Assembly (NCBI GenBank): GCA_963575745.1
Contig: CAUYUJ010000020.1
Span: forward strand, 1 to 64,000
Source: Prorocentrum cordatum
Taxonomy: Eukaryota
Length of the DNA: 64,000 nt
Direction of reading: 5' to 3'
Shown one piece after another: positions 1-12,800 of the stretch (position 1 is its first letter; each line of letters opens with the position of its first letter). Below the pieces are notes generated by a model that did not search any database, was not told the DNA's origin, and worked only from the letters and a program-made list of their open reading frames with translations. A program made the translations under genes and the position numbers.

Positions 1-3000
1 GCAGGCAGCCGTCATGGACGTTTCCGACCTGACGTTCCCGGACTTGAATGTGAAGGCCAGGTTTCTTCTCATCGCAGAGGTCGCCACCGGCCTGATGTGT
101 GGAGACATCACTGCGAAGATCGGCCTCAAAGATAAAGGCACGGACTCGTCAGCTACACTGTTCACGACGTTTGCCAGAGCCTACCTTCAACACTATCCCA
201 AGCCAAGGTGGGTTTTCGTCGATCCTCAGCCATCTTTTGTGGGCGGCGAGTTTGAAGACAACTGCCAGCTGGCCGGCATCGGCGTCTCAGCGAAACCAGG
301 AGGAGCACATTGGATGGCTGGCGACATCGAGCGCCGCATCTCGACCGTCAAGCAGGTAATGAGGAAGCTTCGCCTACTATACCCGAAGCTGAGTCCCGAG
401 ACCGTGTTTTACATCTCGATTGCGGCGGCCAACAACATGGACAACATCAAGGGCTACACGCCGATGCAGTGGGCATTCGGGTTCTCTCCCACCGAGGACC
501 CAATCTTGGCGCATAACGCAGCTACTGGCAAGTTGAAGTCCGACTTCTTCGAGATCGAGCGGGTACGAGCGGATGCAGAGGCGACTTACCTGAAGGAGAA
601 GGCGTCCAGGAAGATCTCAGAGCTGAAGAACTCAGCCCCACGACCTCGACATGAATATAAGCGAGGGGACTGGGTCTGTGTCTGGCGGTCGTACGCTGCG
701 ACAGGGAAGCGAAAGCTTTCCGGACAGGATTTCTTCACGGACGGCCTCTTCATCGGACCGGGCAGAGTTCTGTTCTCCGAGCCGGCGGTCCAGACAGGTA
801 ACAAGGACGGCGTGATCTGGGTCATCATGGGCAACCGATGCTGGCGCTGTGCAGCTGAGCAACTGCGGCCAGCCACGCAGTCGGAGATCGCCCAGATCAA
901 CCTGAAGAAGGACGACATTCTCAACAGTCCGCTCGAGGACGTCTGGAGGCACCTCCAGGACTTTGACGACATCGCCGGGGAGCCCTCCCCAACGGCAGAT
1001 GGCATGAGGATGCTACCACGTCAACCTCTTGAGGGCATGCCGAGGGTGATCGAGAATCCCGATGTGGCCGTGGAACCCCACGACGTCACGGAGGCAGATG
1101 ACGACCTGGAGGTCGACGAGGACAACTCAGCACCAGAGCCACCACAGATTAAGCGAACAAGATTGAGAGGCAAGCAACCGACTGTGTCATGGCCACCTGT
1201 ACCGACTGAAGCTTTCCAACCGCGTTTTGGGAGATCATCTTCATCAAGAGCCTCAGCTGAAGTTGCTCACGCTGCCCTCTTCAAGGCGGCGAGCGACCAT
1301 GTGGAAGCCAGCGAGACCGACATCATCAACTTCGTGCAGGATACGAACAACGAGGCCGAGTTGGACTTGATGAAGATTGAGATCGAGACGGACCTGGAGG
1401 AGTTCTGCTTCGATGCGAGCGCGTACCTGGAGAAGCAGCTGAACCGAGTGGCCAACAACACGGTCAAGAAGGGTGTGGAGGTTTCGTTTGGCCGCCTGAG
1501 CCCCGAGGAGAAGCCACTGTTTCAAGAAGCAATGGCACGGGAGCTGGCGGAACATGGCACGGGAGCTGGCGGAACATCTGGAAGTACCGACAGTCCGGGC
1601 TGCATCGGCTTACGCTGACTACAATCGTGGAAAGGACATTCCAGCGGACAAGCTGATCAAGATGAGGTGGCTACTGACCTGGAAGCCTTTGACACCACCT
1701 GAACCACCGGACAAGTCGGACCCGCACCCCGTGAGCACGCCAGACGGGAAGTTCAAGGCGAAGGCCCGTATCATTCTGTTGGGCTTCTCACATCCAGACC
1801 TTGTCAGTCGGGACAAGTTCGGAGATCGGGTACTTCCCACGGCGTCACCAACCATTTCAAGAAAAGGGAAGCTGGCACTCCTCCAGATGGCTGCTTTCCA
1901 CGGCTGGACCTTCGAGCTAGCCGACGCGAAGTCCGCCTTCCTGCAGGCCGGGCACACCGAGGAGTGGAGGAAGCTCTACACGAAGGGCGTGAAGGAGCTC
2001 CGGCAGGCCTTGCAGATCAACGAGGAGGAGTCCATGAGAGTCTTGGCAGCGATCTACGGGATCACGAATGCGCCGTGGGTTTTCTGGAAGTACGTGGACC
2101 ACAAGATCCACGAAGCAGGAGGCAAGAGCGTCCTCATCGAGCCATGCATCTGGATCATTCAGGACCAGAACGGCACCGTGTGCGGGGTCATTGGCTCGCA
2201 CGTGGACGACTTTGGCATCGCAGGCGACAGCGACAACAAGTTCTACCTCGACATGAAGAACATGCTGAAGGAGATGCTGCGGTGGTCTCCATGCGAAGCA
2301 CGCCATGCATGTGGGCAGGCATGTGGATCACCCAGGAGCCATCGGGCAAGATCCATGCTAGCCAGGAGGAGTTCTGTCACCAGCTCCTCGAGATCAGGGT
2401 CGAGTCCGGCAAGTACCTCTCGAAGGACGACAAGCTCAAGCCGGAGGACGTCACCCAGTTCAGGGCAGGCCTGATGAAATGCCAATGGAGAGCGACACAG
2501 ACAGCACCACAGTTCTCATGTCGGGTGTCACTGTTGGCTCAACGGGTGAACGAGGCGACGTTCGGAGACCTGAAGGACACGAACGCCCTCATACGCGATG
2601 TGAAGCGGACAGCTCGTGATTCCCTGGTGTTCCACAACTTCAATAGCAACGGTGGCAGTAAGCTGAAGTGGGACGACCTAGTGATCGTGACGTGGGTCGA
2701 CGCAAGCAGACTACTACAACGAGGAGGCTACATCGTGGCGTTCACCACGGCCGAGATCCTCAAGCAGAAGGAATGTGCAGTATCGATCGCCGACTGGAGA
2801 TCGTACAAGCTCAAGCGCACCGGCATCGGCACCAACGGCTGCGAGGGACAGGCTCTGTACGACGGCGAGAACGCGGCGTACCTGATGCGCATGCTGTGGT
2901 CAGTCATGCACGGAGTTCCAGTCACCGCGCACACTCAGGAGGAGGTGGCGCAATCCATGACCTCGGTGCTGGTGATCGACAGCCGAGGAGTTTATGATTC

Positions 3001-3645
3001 AGTTCACAACAAGGAGAGTTTCGGCATAGGCCTGAGCGATGCGAGGACCGGCGTGGAGGTTCTACATGTGAAGGCGAACTGCGGGCCCGAGAAGAACCAG
3101 CACCTGGTTTGGGCCCCCTCGGACCTCAATCTCACCGACGGCCTCACGAAGGACAGTCCCGAGGCAAGGAAGCCTCTGGCTCTGTGGCTTGCACGGCGTA
3201 CCTGGATCATCAGGTACGACGAGGATTTCATGTCAGCCAGGAAGCGACAGCGAGCCAACAAACTCGCTCAGGACAAGCCGCAGGCATCTGCAGACGCTGA
3301 AGCCGAGGCCGCCGACGCTTTAGCTTTTCTCGACCTATCTTGAGGATAGGGTCGGGCTCTTTTCTCATCATTCCTTTTCATATTCGCACTGTGCAGGGCC
3401 CCTCTTTTGATCCAGTTCGGTCGGAACGGTCGAGAAGGATTTTAGGCTCATGTCGAGCCGAGGCGACTCGAGCGAAGTTTTGAGTCAACCTCTCCTTCCT
3501 CACTCTCTCTTTTGCCGCCGCCTCCGCGGCTGTATGGGATCGAGGAGGGGGCCCCCTCTATTGTGCAGAGAGCGCGGCAGACACGCTCGCCAGCACGGGC
3601 TGGCGCCATCATGCTCGACGGACGAGCGCAGCACAGCATAATACA
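1..3645 (+). mobile_element. Ty1/Copia LTR retrotransposon #1, 3' part (integrase-RT-RNase H plus probable 3' LTR); 5' part lies outside the window
   Basis: Domain order INT-RT-RH is the Copia order. The right end is inferred from a candidate TG(3390)...CA(3645) segment that cannot be verified without the 5' LTR. Confidence 0.85.
14..3343 (+). pseudogene. Copia pol (integrase, RT, RNase H), broken by two frameshifts
   Basis: Integrase: PKPRWVFVDPQPSF and AHWMAGDIERR (14..1618). RT: KMRWLLTWK, KAKARIILLGF, ADAKSAFLQ, YGITNAP, HVDD (1554..~2295). RNase H: TWVDAS, EGQA, VIDSRG, TDGLTK (~2295..3343). Frameshifts at a 22-bp tandem duplication (1532-1575) and near 2295. Confidence 0.9.
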
Positions 3646-3654
3646 GCGTCGACG

Positions 3655-4326
3655 TTAATCACGACAATAATCACCCACCCTGCTGGCAGTTTCCACGAGG
3701 TTGCGATCGATGGGGTCGAAATTGGACATCAGAGCTTTCGGGACGTCCTCCCATAGCAGCTTGTGGTGATAGTCAAGCACACGCTGGAACTCGTCTTCAT
3801 CGCGATGAATCATCACATTTACACGCTTCGCATTCACTTTGAGCCAAGCCCGCTCTTGGTCGAGAGTCTGGAGCAGCCGATCTGAATTGTCACTGGGATT
3901 CAGCACCACAGCGTTGGCACCGAGAACCAAGAGAGCGTCGTGGCGCGCCATGACCTCCTGTACGTATTCTCGGCTCAATTCACCCCCGACCTCAAGCAGC
4001 TGCAGCACGAACACGCACAAGTCACCGTGGGGCTCGAGCTGTTCCAGCAACTTCTGCATCATGTACTTCTCGTACCGCGTTTCGAACGTGCATGGCACAA
4101 GCAAGCTGCCGCACTCGGACGCCAGGGACGCGATTCCCTCTGCGTCCCAATGGCCTCCAGGCGCAGAGTCGGGCGTGGCGAGCTTGCTAGGTCGCTGCGG
4201 AGAGCTCCACGGCACCAGGGTGGCGAAGACGAAGTGCGCGGGCAGCTGCGAAGCCATACGGGAAACATAGCTCTCTATCGCTGCTTGGCTGGACGCCGAC
4301 GGCAGCCGAACTTCCCTGGCTCCCAT
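3655..4326 (-). pseudogene. Intronless retrogene, protein of unknown function, 3'-truncated next to Copia #1
   Basis: Open frame from the ATG at 4326 (MGAREVRLP...ETASRVGDYCRD), starting about 75 nt downstream of a relic spliced leader. Confidence 0.7.
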
Positions 4327-4399
4327 GGCACAGAACCCAGCGGTGATACGAGGATTCGTGCTTCCCCGCGGCAGCGCAAGCACCTGGGGCCGTTGGCAC

Positions 4400-4421
4400 C
4401 TTGAGTCAAAATGGCTACGGA
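4400..4421 (-). other. Relic dinoflagellate spliced leader (DinoSL)
   Basis: Minus strand reads TCCGTAGCCATTTTGACTCAAG, 21/22 match to DinoSL. Confidence 0.92.
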
Positions 4422-4423
4422 AT

Positions 4424-4720
4424 GGGAGCACGAAACGTGTGAGGGGTGCGCTGGAAAGGAAGGTGGAACCGCATGCGAACGCAGCCACTGGGGCCTTCGG
4501 TGGAGCCCCCTTATGGGGCTACGATACGTGGGAGGAGTGCGTGCAGGAATGGGAGGCGGAACTGCATGGGAACTCTGCCACTGGGGCCTTCGGTAGATTT
4601 CCCTATGGAGCCACGAAGCGTGTGAGGGGTGTGCTGAATTGGGGGGCGGAGCTGCATGCGAACGCAACCACTGAGGCCTTGGGCAGAGCTCTCTGTGGGA
4701 GCACGAAACGTGTAAGGCTT
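4424..4720. repeat. Diverged ~91-bp tandem repeat, about 3.3 copies
   Basis: CACGAAACGTGTGAGGGG-like starts at ~4429, 4520, 4612, 4701; shared CCACTG(G/A)GGCCTT core. Confidence 0.75.
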
Positions 4721-5399
4721 GTGCCGAAAACGACATGCGGAGGGCGAAGGCAGGGGTGGGGAGAGGGAAAAGGAGAAAAGCAGAGGAGGAGAGGAACGAC
4801 GCGGGGCGTTGTCCAATTCAAAACGAGCACCCAACACCACAGGATGGTTCGGAAAGACTCGGTGGCAGCGCCGGGCCGACTTCGGTAGGCGGCTAGTTCC
4901 CCTGGTTCCAAGTTCCGGGTTCCGGGCCGATTCTGGTAGGAGGCCAGGTTCCCAGGGTCCACATTCCGAGTCCAGGGATCCCGTCTCGGTAAGGTTCCTG
5001 GGTCTCGACTCTTGGTTTGTGGCCAGGTACCCCAAGGCCATGCGATCATGGCCAGGTTAAGAGGGCGCACAAACTGTAGTATAATTGAACAAACATGTCC
5101 GAGGGTAGCGAGCAGAGCTAAACAGCGAGCCAAAAAAAAAAAAAAAAGGGGAAGAGAGGGTAATTACTGAATATATATAAATAATTATATATATATATTA
5201 TATATATTCACAAACAGTATTCATATATATATATATATATAATATACACATAAAAGCGAGAGAGGGAAGAAACAAAAAAAAAAAAAACAAAAAAAACTTC
5301 AGCTCTGCTGGGGGGGGGGGCCGGGGGGGCTCTGCCGGGGTAGGGGGGGAGGGGGGGGGGTCATCGGGTCCACGCTTTCTTTCCCCCCCCCGGGAATCC

Positions 5400-5970
5400 C
5401 AAACCGCCCCAAGACGGGCCAAAAGGGGCCCAGAAGGCCACCAGGACGGTCCAGGAGGCGCCCGAAACGGCCCAAGAGCGCTCCTGGACGCCCAAGATGG
5501 CCTGAAGACGGCCCAAAAGGCCTCCAAGACGCATCAAGGAGATCCCAAGAGGACCCCAAAGAGGGCCCCAAGAGGGTACAATAAAGAAGTTGCTAATAGG
5601 TTTTTGAACATTTTAACCTTATCGTCTTTTTCGTCTTGGAAGCGCCGAAGACGGTCCAAGAGGCCCCCAAGATCGCCCCAAGACAGCCCACGAGGCCCCC
5701 AAGAGGAGCCAAGACGGTCCAAGAGGGCCCCAATATAGCACTGGAGGCCCCCCAAGATGGCCTCAAGAGGGCGAACCCGAATGGACCCTTCTGGTCCCCC
5801 ACCCCAAGATGACCCCAAGAGCCCCCAAGATGCCCCCGAGGCGCCCCCGAGGGGCCCCCAGAGGCCCCCAAGAGGTCCCCAAGAGGCGCACAAGAGGACC
5901 CCGAGAGGCCCCCAAGAGGCCCCAAAGGCCCCTAAGAAGCCCCAAGAACCAAGAGGCCCCAAGAGGCGCT
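5400..5970 (+). repeat. CCAAGA/GGCCCC-rich dispersed repeat family
   Basis: Dense (G)GCCCCAAGA(G/C/T)G motifs; related copies at 12310-12800 (-), 18120-18850 (+) and 62930-63560 (+). Confidence 0.75.
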
Positions 5971-6106
5971 CACTCGCGTGCTGCCAGGCCAGAGGTGCAC
6001 GGCCTGACTTGGCATTGCTCGGAAGCGAAAGCGATGAACGAAGAACCTTCCACCCGTCGCCGTCACCAGTCGTCGGTCGTCGGCCGTCGGCAGCCGTTCG
6101 CCGTCA

Positions 6107-6190
<84 letters not shown>

Positions 6191-6418
6191 GTCGTCGTCG
6201 TCGGTTCGTCGCCATTAACTCCTTCGTCTGTCGTCGTCGTAATTATCCCGCTCGTCGACCGTTGGTCGTCCGTTGTGATCGTCATCGCCCATGTCAACAA
6301 CAATAGCATCAGGAGCGCCCCGGATCGGCGGCGCTGGCCGGAGGCCACCACAATATATATATATATATATATAATATATATAATAATATATATATAATAT
6401 ATATATATATCTATATAT

Positions 6419-7785
6419 GGGTGGCCTCCGGCCAGGAGAGAAACCCGGAGGGACCCAGGAGGGAACCCAGGAAGGGACCCAGGAGGGAACCCAAAAAACA
6501 GGTTACGATCACTGTGCCCGAACACAAGGCCACATGGTTGCACGCATGTTACGCAAGGACACCAGCAACGGCTCAGCATCAGTGGCGATACCACACAACA
6601 AACCAAAACTTCAACACTGCCTGGGTCCCTTCCTGGGTTCCCTCCTGGGTCTCCTCCTGGGTCCCTTGCTGGGTTTCCCTTTTGGGTCCTCTGCAGGAGC
6701 GTCTCTGGGACATCTCTGGGGCCTCCCTGGTGCCTCTCTGGTGCCTCCAGGGGTGTCCTGGGGCCTCCTGGGAGCGTCCGGAGCCGTCCGCCCCCCACGG
6801 GGGCCTGGCGGAGGGGGGTGAAAAACCAAAGAAACCGAAGGAAAAACAAAAAAAAACAAAGAAATCAAAGGCAGACCACCGAAATACCCAAAAAAACCTA
6901 AGGAAAAACCAAAAAAAAAAATCAGTGTTTCGTCCACCCCCGCGCCCCCAAGAGAAAGTATTGAAATCTTTGTTTTTTTTGTTTTTTCTGTTTTTCCTTA
7001 GGTGTTTTTGGTTGTTCGGTGGTCTGCCTTTGATTTCTTTGGTTTTTTTGGTTTTTCCTTAGGTTTTTTGGGTTTTTCCTTGCCGTTGTTGTTTTTCGCT
7101 CGCCCCTTGCCTGGATGCCACGGATGCAGACTCTCTTCAGAACAATGGCAAGACAGAGGAGGAAGACGACGACGACGACGACGAGGACGACGACGAGGGT
7201 TTCCTATGGTTTTGCTTGGTTCCGCCTTCGATAAGGGAATCTGATTGGGAGGAGAAGGAGGAGGAGGAGAAGGAGGAGGAGGAGGAGGAGGAGGAGGAGC
7301 AGGAGGAGGACGAGGAGGAAGAGGACCCTGGACAATCGGCCCCCTCTGCTCAGTTTTTCAGGGGGGCGGGGATACGGCAGAGCCCCTGCCGTATCCCCGC
7401 CCCCCTGACAAACTGAGCAGAGGGGCCGATTGTCCAGGGTCCTCTTCCTCCTCGTCCTCCTCCTGCTCCTCCTCCTCCTCCTCCTCCTCCTCCTCCTCCT
7501 CCTCCTCCTCCTCCTCCTCCTCCTCCTTCTCCTCCTACTCCTCCTCCCAATCAGATTCCCCTATCGAAGGCGGAACCAAGCAAAACCATAGGAAACCCTC
7601 GTCGTCGTCCTCGTCGTCGTCGTCGTCTTCCTCCTCTGTCTTGCCATTGTTCTGAAGAGAGTCTGCATCCGTGGCATCCAGGCTAGGGGCGAGCGAAAAA
7701 CAACAACGGCAAGGAAAAACAAAAAAAAACCTAAGGAAAAACCCCCAAAAAAAACAAAGAAATCAAAGGCAGACCACCGAAAAAC

Positions 7786-7873
<88 letters not shown>

Positions 7874-9385
7874 CAAAAAAAAAATATTCAATATTTTCTC
7901 TTGGGGGCGCGGGGGTGGACGAAGCACTGAAATCTTGTTTTTTTTGGTTTGTTCGGTTTTTCCTTAAGTTTTTTTTGGTATTTCGGTGGTCTGCCTTTGA
8001 TTTCTTTGTTTTTTGTTGGTTTTTCATGCGGCTTCTTCGGTTTTTCACCCCCCTCCGCCAGGCCCCCGTGGGGGGCGGACGGCTCCGGACGCTCCCAGGA
8101 AGCCCCAGGACACCCCTGGAGGCACCAGAGAGGCACCAGGGAGGCCCCAGAGATGTCCCAGAGACGCTCCTGCAGAGGACCCAAAAGGGAACCCAGCAAG
8201 GGACCCAGGAGGAGACCCAGGAGGGAACCCAGGAAGGGACCCAGGCAGTGTTGAAGTTTTGGTTTGTTGTGTGGTATCACCACTGATGCTGAGCCGTTGC
8301 CGGTGTCCTTGCGTAACATGCGTGCAACCATGTGGCCTTGTGTTCGGGCACAGTGATCGTAACCTGTTTTTTGGGTTCCCTCCTGGGTCCCTTCCCGGGT
8401 TCCCTCCTGGGTCCCCTCCTGGGTTCCTTCTTGGGTCCCCTCCTGGGTTCTCTCCTGGGTACCCTCGTGGGTTCCGTCCTGGGTCCCTTCCTGGGTTCCC
8501 TCCTGGGTCTCCTCCTGGGTCCCTTGCTCGGTTCCCTTTTGGGTCCCCTCCTGGGTTCCTTCTTGGGTCCCCTCCTGGGTTCTCTCCTGGGTACCCTCGT
8601 GGGTTCCCTCCTGGGTCCCTTCCTGGGTTCCCTCCTGGGTTTCCTCCTGGGTCCCTTGCTGGGTTCCCTTTTGGGTCCTCTGCAGGAGCGTCTCTGGGAC
8701 ATCTCTGGGGCCTCCCTGGTGCCTCTCTGGTGCCTCCAGGGGTGTCCTGGGGCTTCCTGGGAGCGTCCGGAGCCGTCCGCCCCCCACGGGGGCCTGGCGG
8801 AGGGGGGTGAAAAAAACCGAAGAAACCTGAGGAAAAACCAAAAAAAAAAGAAATCAAAGGCACACCACCGAAATACCCAACAAAAAAAAAACTTAAGGAC
8901 CCCCCCCCCCCCCAAAAAAAAAAGAGTGTTTCGTCCACCCCCGCGCCCCCAAGAGAAAGTATTGAAATATTTTGTTTGTTTGTGTTTTGTTCTGTTTTTC
9001 CTTAGGTGTTTTTTGGTTTTTCGGCGGTCTGCCTTTGATCTCTTTGGTTTTTTTCGTTTTCCCTTAGGTTTTTTTGTTTTTTCCTTGCCGTTGTTGTTTT
9101 TCGCTCGCCCCTTGCCTGGATGCCACGGATGCAGACTCTCTTCAGAACAATGGCAAGACAGAGGAGGAAGACGACGACGACGACGACGACGAGGACGACG
9201 ACGAGGGTTTCCTATGGTTTTGCTTGGTTCCGCCTTCGATAAGGGGAATCTGATTGGGAGGAGGAGGAGGAGGAGAAGGAGGAGGAGGAGGAGGAGGAGC
9301 AGGAGGAGGACGAGGAGGAAGAGGACCCTGGACAATCGGCCCCCTCTGCTCAACTTGTCAGGGGGGCGGGGATACGGCAGGACCC
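6419..9385. repeat. Inverted triplication of a ~1-kb repeat unit (A, inverted A, A), flanked by (TA)n
   Basis: Palindrome centre at ~7383 (GATACGGCAG-agccc-CTGCCGTATC). 6447-7380 is mirrored by 7386-~8420; a third copy at ~8620-9380 has the orientation of the first. A 12-bp CTCCTGGGT(T/C)CC array occupies 8380-8660. Confidence 0.85.
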
Positions 9386-9412
9386 ATATATATATATATA
9401 TATATATATATA

Positions 9413-11375
9413 CAAGACTGCATTGGCGCTTCGCGCCATGCACCTTGGTCCTTCGAATCGAGCATAAATGCCTGCTCGCCTCATCCACGTTGGCCTTGAA
9501 GCGCGGCAAGCTCATTTAGGATTGCGTTTGGAACTGAATTTTGAAGGGGCCCCTGCAACGTGGCGGCGAGAGAGCGGAGGCCCCGAAAGAATAGAAAATC
9601 ACAGCAAAACCTGAAGTGTCGAGCTGCGAACCGTGATATGCGCCTTCCTCTCTCGACTCTTGCCCTGCGAACCTCGAGCCTCAAACGTCGACGTGCGATC
9701 TTCTCGGGAAGTTCACCGAATCCCAAGTTCACAACGGATTTCCCGAATATTGTTGCGACGCACACATGTGCGCTGTCTCTCGTTACCGGGAATCGAGTCT
9801 GAGGCCAGCAGCAGGAGGTGTCAGGGGGAGGAAGTCTGTTTCCGCCCCAGCGCGCTTGCGTTCCGAATTACGCGGTCGGCCGTCAGGCGCCGCCAGCAGC
9901 AGCGGCATCGTCGACCTCGTGCTCGTCGCCGGCTGCCACGTTCTCCCAGTCACTCCCAGCCTCTGCGCCCTCTTCTGCTGCAGCGCCCCCGAGCCGAGCC
10001 AGCAATTGCGACTCTTCGCAAAAGGCGAACTGCGCGCCGTAATCCGCGAGGGTGGCCTGCTCACAGAATGAGTACACCCGCCGCGCCACGTCGTGGTTGA
10101 ACTTAGCAAGAGTCGCGGCTTTGTGCTCCTGGAAAGCCTTCACGCGCGCGGCTCCAGCTTGCCGGATCAGGACGGTCCACAGCTGGATGGCGGCGGCGTT
10201 CTGGGCGTGAAGCACGGCAACCTTGCGAACCGGTCGTCCGCGTTTCCCGGTTGCCCACACCGTGGTGCCCAATCGCTGGGACACCACGCGGCGCGGCCCG
10301 CTGCCTGCGAGCACGACCGCGGGAGTTTTCTTGTGCCGCCCGTGATCCGGGCACCGCGACGAGGGCTGTCGAATGCGCAACGCATTCTTCACTCTGAAGC
10401 TTCTCCACCCAGGAGACGCCGCGAGCACCCCTTCCATCTCTTCGGCGGACGCCGCGAACAGGGCCTGTACCATGCCGCCTTTGTGGCCGAGCTCCGTGAG
10501 CGCGCTCAGGAAGCATCTGCTGTTGGCGGCAATTTTTCTGAGCTCTCGCGCGGCTTTCGCTGCGTGGAGCTCGGCGAGTCTATTCTTCTGTAGCTTCCAA
10601 GGATTGAAACTGTCGCCAATCAGGTCGGCTGGGTGCCCGGGGTGTTGCTGGAGGACCACGTTGAGCTTCGCCACCACTCCCTTGGCTCCGGCGATGGTGT
10701 TCACATGATCGGCAATTATGCGCAATGCGCAAGGGGAGTGCAGGAACTCGAGCAACAGCGCCGTGCTATCTCGAGCGTGCTGCGGGCACTGATTCAGCAT
10801 GTGTGTCTGAGCCCGGCCCGTTTTGTCAGCGCACTCCAAACATACTTTCTCGCCCTCGATGCTCCTCACGTACAAAGGAGCCGTGCTGGTTGACCCCGTG
10901 TGGTTGTACGCGTTCCACTCGCTGGCGGGCACGTACGTGTCGCGCCACGTCGACAACGCCAGAAGGAGGGCCTCACATATGTGGGCGTGGACTCACATTG
11001 CGAACCACCCTGGCGTCATTGTCGCCCTGGGTGTTGCACAGGCCGCGCCCCCCGAAGGGAACCGAACGTGCATGTCGATAATTGTGGGGTGGAGGGGGGG
11101 GGCCCAGTTGAACGACACCAGGGTGGTTGAATGTAATGCCCACACGGGTCCTTGAGCTCCGCGGCAGTGAGAGTTGCCATGTGCACGTCCATGGCTGGCA
11201 CCAGCTCCGCGCTGGGAGGCAGGGCGCGCCAGCTGCTTGGCAGATCTGCGGTGCGCAGCGTTTTCTTGAGCAGGCTGTCGCGAACCATCTGCCGAACGCA
11301 GCGAACGAGCCAGAACGAAACCCAAAAAGAGTCCCTCGTGGTCACCGCGACTTCACCCTTGAAGGCGCAATGGTG
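9413..11375 (-). pseudogene. Frameshifted retrogene of unknown function downstream of a relic SL
   Basis: Non-repetitive, protein-like minus-strand ORF pieces 11016..11345, 9883..10956 and 9481..9765 directly after an SL; ends at the (TA)n tract at 9412. Confidence 0.6.
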
Positions 11376-11397
11376 TTTGAGCCAAAATGGCTACGGA
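11376..11397 (-). other. Relic DinoSL, followed by a probable older degenerate SL
   Basis: TCCGTAGCCATTTTGGCTCAAA (21/22), immediately followed by CACCATTGCGCCTTCAAG (11358-11375). Confidence 0.9.
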
Positions 11398-11947
11398 AAT
11401 TGAAGCTGTCTGTTATGTTGGGGGAAAGGTGCACATATGTGCGTCATCACACGCACCTCCACGAATAAGTAGAGCTCAGAGGGAATGAATGCGTCCGTCA
11501 TTGAGTTTTCCGGCCGTTTCGATAAAAACATCCTCCAAAAGATGCCAATCGAATGCAATCCTTTCGCAGATCTTGCGAGACAGGTCAAACACCACATAGT
11601 ATTTATAAGTGTGAACATGACACGTGTAAGAACACATTGCGAAGTCCATCTTTTGGACACCGATCGTCAGAGAATGTCGTTTCTGCGTGAACCATCTTCC
11701 CAAAATAGAGCCCCGAGGTATCCCCTGGTACTTTTTGGTAACCCAGACCTTCTTGCTCTGTGTCGAGGCCCCGCTTCAAAGCCTCCTGGGGCTTCCGGGG
11801 GGTCTCCTGTGGCGTTCTGTGGCCTTCTGGGCCGTTTTGGGTTTTCGGGCCCGTGGGAACCTTGGGCCCTGGGGTGTCCTAAAGCCTCCGGGGGGGTTCT
11901 GCGGCCTCAAGGAAACTCCTTGGGCCTCCAGGGCCCCGTGGACGCGG

Positions 11948-11969
11948 CACACACACACACACACACACA

Positions 11970-12049
<80 letters not shown>

Positions 12050-12130
12050 TCGCAAACGCACACACACACACACTTTTCCTCAGGGAGCGCACCATATCGC
12101 AGATGCGAGTGCCGGAGGCACACACACACA

Positions 12131-12163
<33 letters not shown>

Positions 12164-12165
12164 GC
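11948..12165. repeat. (CA)n microsatellite, interrupted
   Basis: Directly visible. Confidence 0.95.
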
Positions 12166-12309
12166 ATCACACAGACACACACAGTACACCACGCACAGAA
12201 CACACACCATCCACAGGACATCTACGAAACTCACAAACAACTCGCAGAACAGGGCGTATCTCTTGGGAGCCTTTTGGGGGCCTGTGGGGATCGCGTGGTA
12301 CGCCTCTCG

Positions 12310-12800
12310 GGCTTTTCTGGGAAGCTGGTGTGAAGCCTCTTGGGAGTCGATTTGAAGCCTCATGGGGTCTTTTTGGGGCTCCTGGGGGCCGATTGGAGCC
12401 TCTCGGAGCCTCGTGGGGGTGTGTTGGGGCGCCTCTTGGGGTTTTCTTAGGCCTTCTTGGGGCTCTCGTGGACCGGAAAGCTAGATCTTGGGATGTTTGG
12501 TCGCCCGCTGGGGCCTTTTTTGAGGCTTTATCGGGGCCTTGTTGCCCTCTTGGGCGCTTCTTGGGTCGTCTCGGTGCCCGCTTGGGCCGTGTTGGGGCTG
12601 TGTAGGGGGCCTCTTGGACCGTGTTGCGGCGGTCTTGGGAGCCTCTTGGGCCGTCTTGGAACGTCGGGAAGCCGAAAAGGCGAGAAAGCCAAAAACTTCG
12701 AAAAACACCATGGGGAATCAACAATTGTGGCCTCTTGGGGCCTTTTCGGAAGCGTCTTGGAAGGCCTTTTGGAGCGTCTTGTAGGCTCTGGGGCCGTTTT
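12310..12800 (-). repeat. CCAAGA-rich dispersed repeat, reverse orientation
   Basis: Repeated TCTTGGG(G)CC motifs. Confidence 0.7.

Noticed and set aside
4400..4421. Functional SL RNA gene
   Set aside because: The SL is followed by a UTR and long ORF rather than a short SL intron in a tandem gene array, so a retroposed mRNA is the better explanation. The same holds for 11376-11397.
5100..9400. Long ORFs in CCAAGA and 12-mer repeats (e.g. 8277..9515, 8332..9519)
   Set aside because: Translations of low-complexity repeats, open in several frames on both strands.
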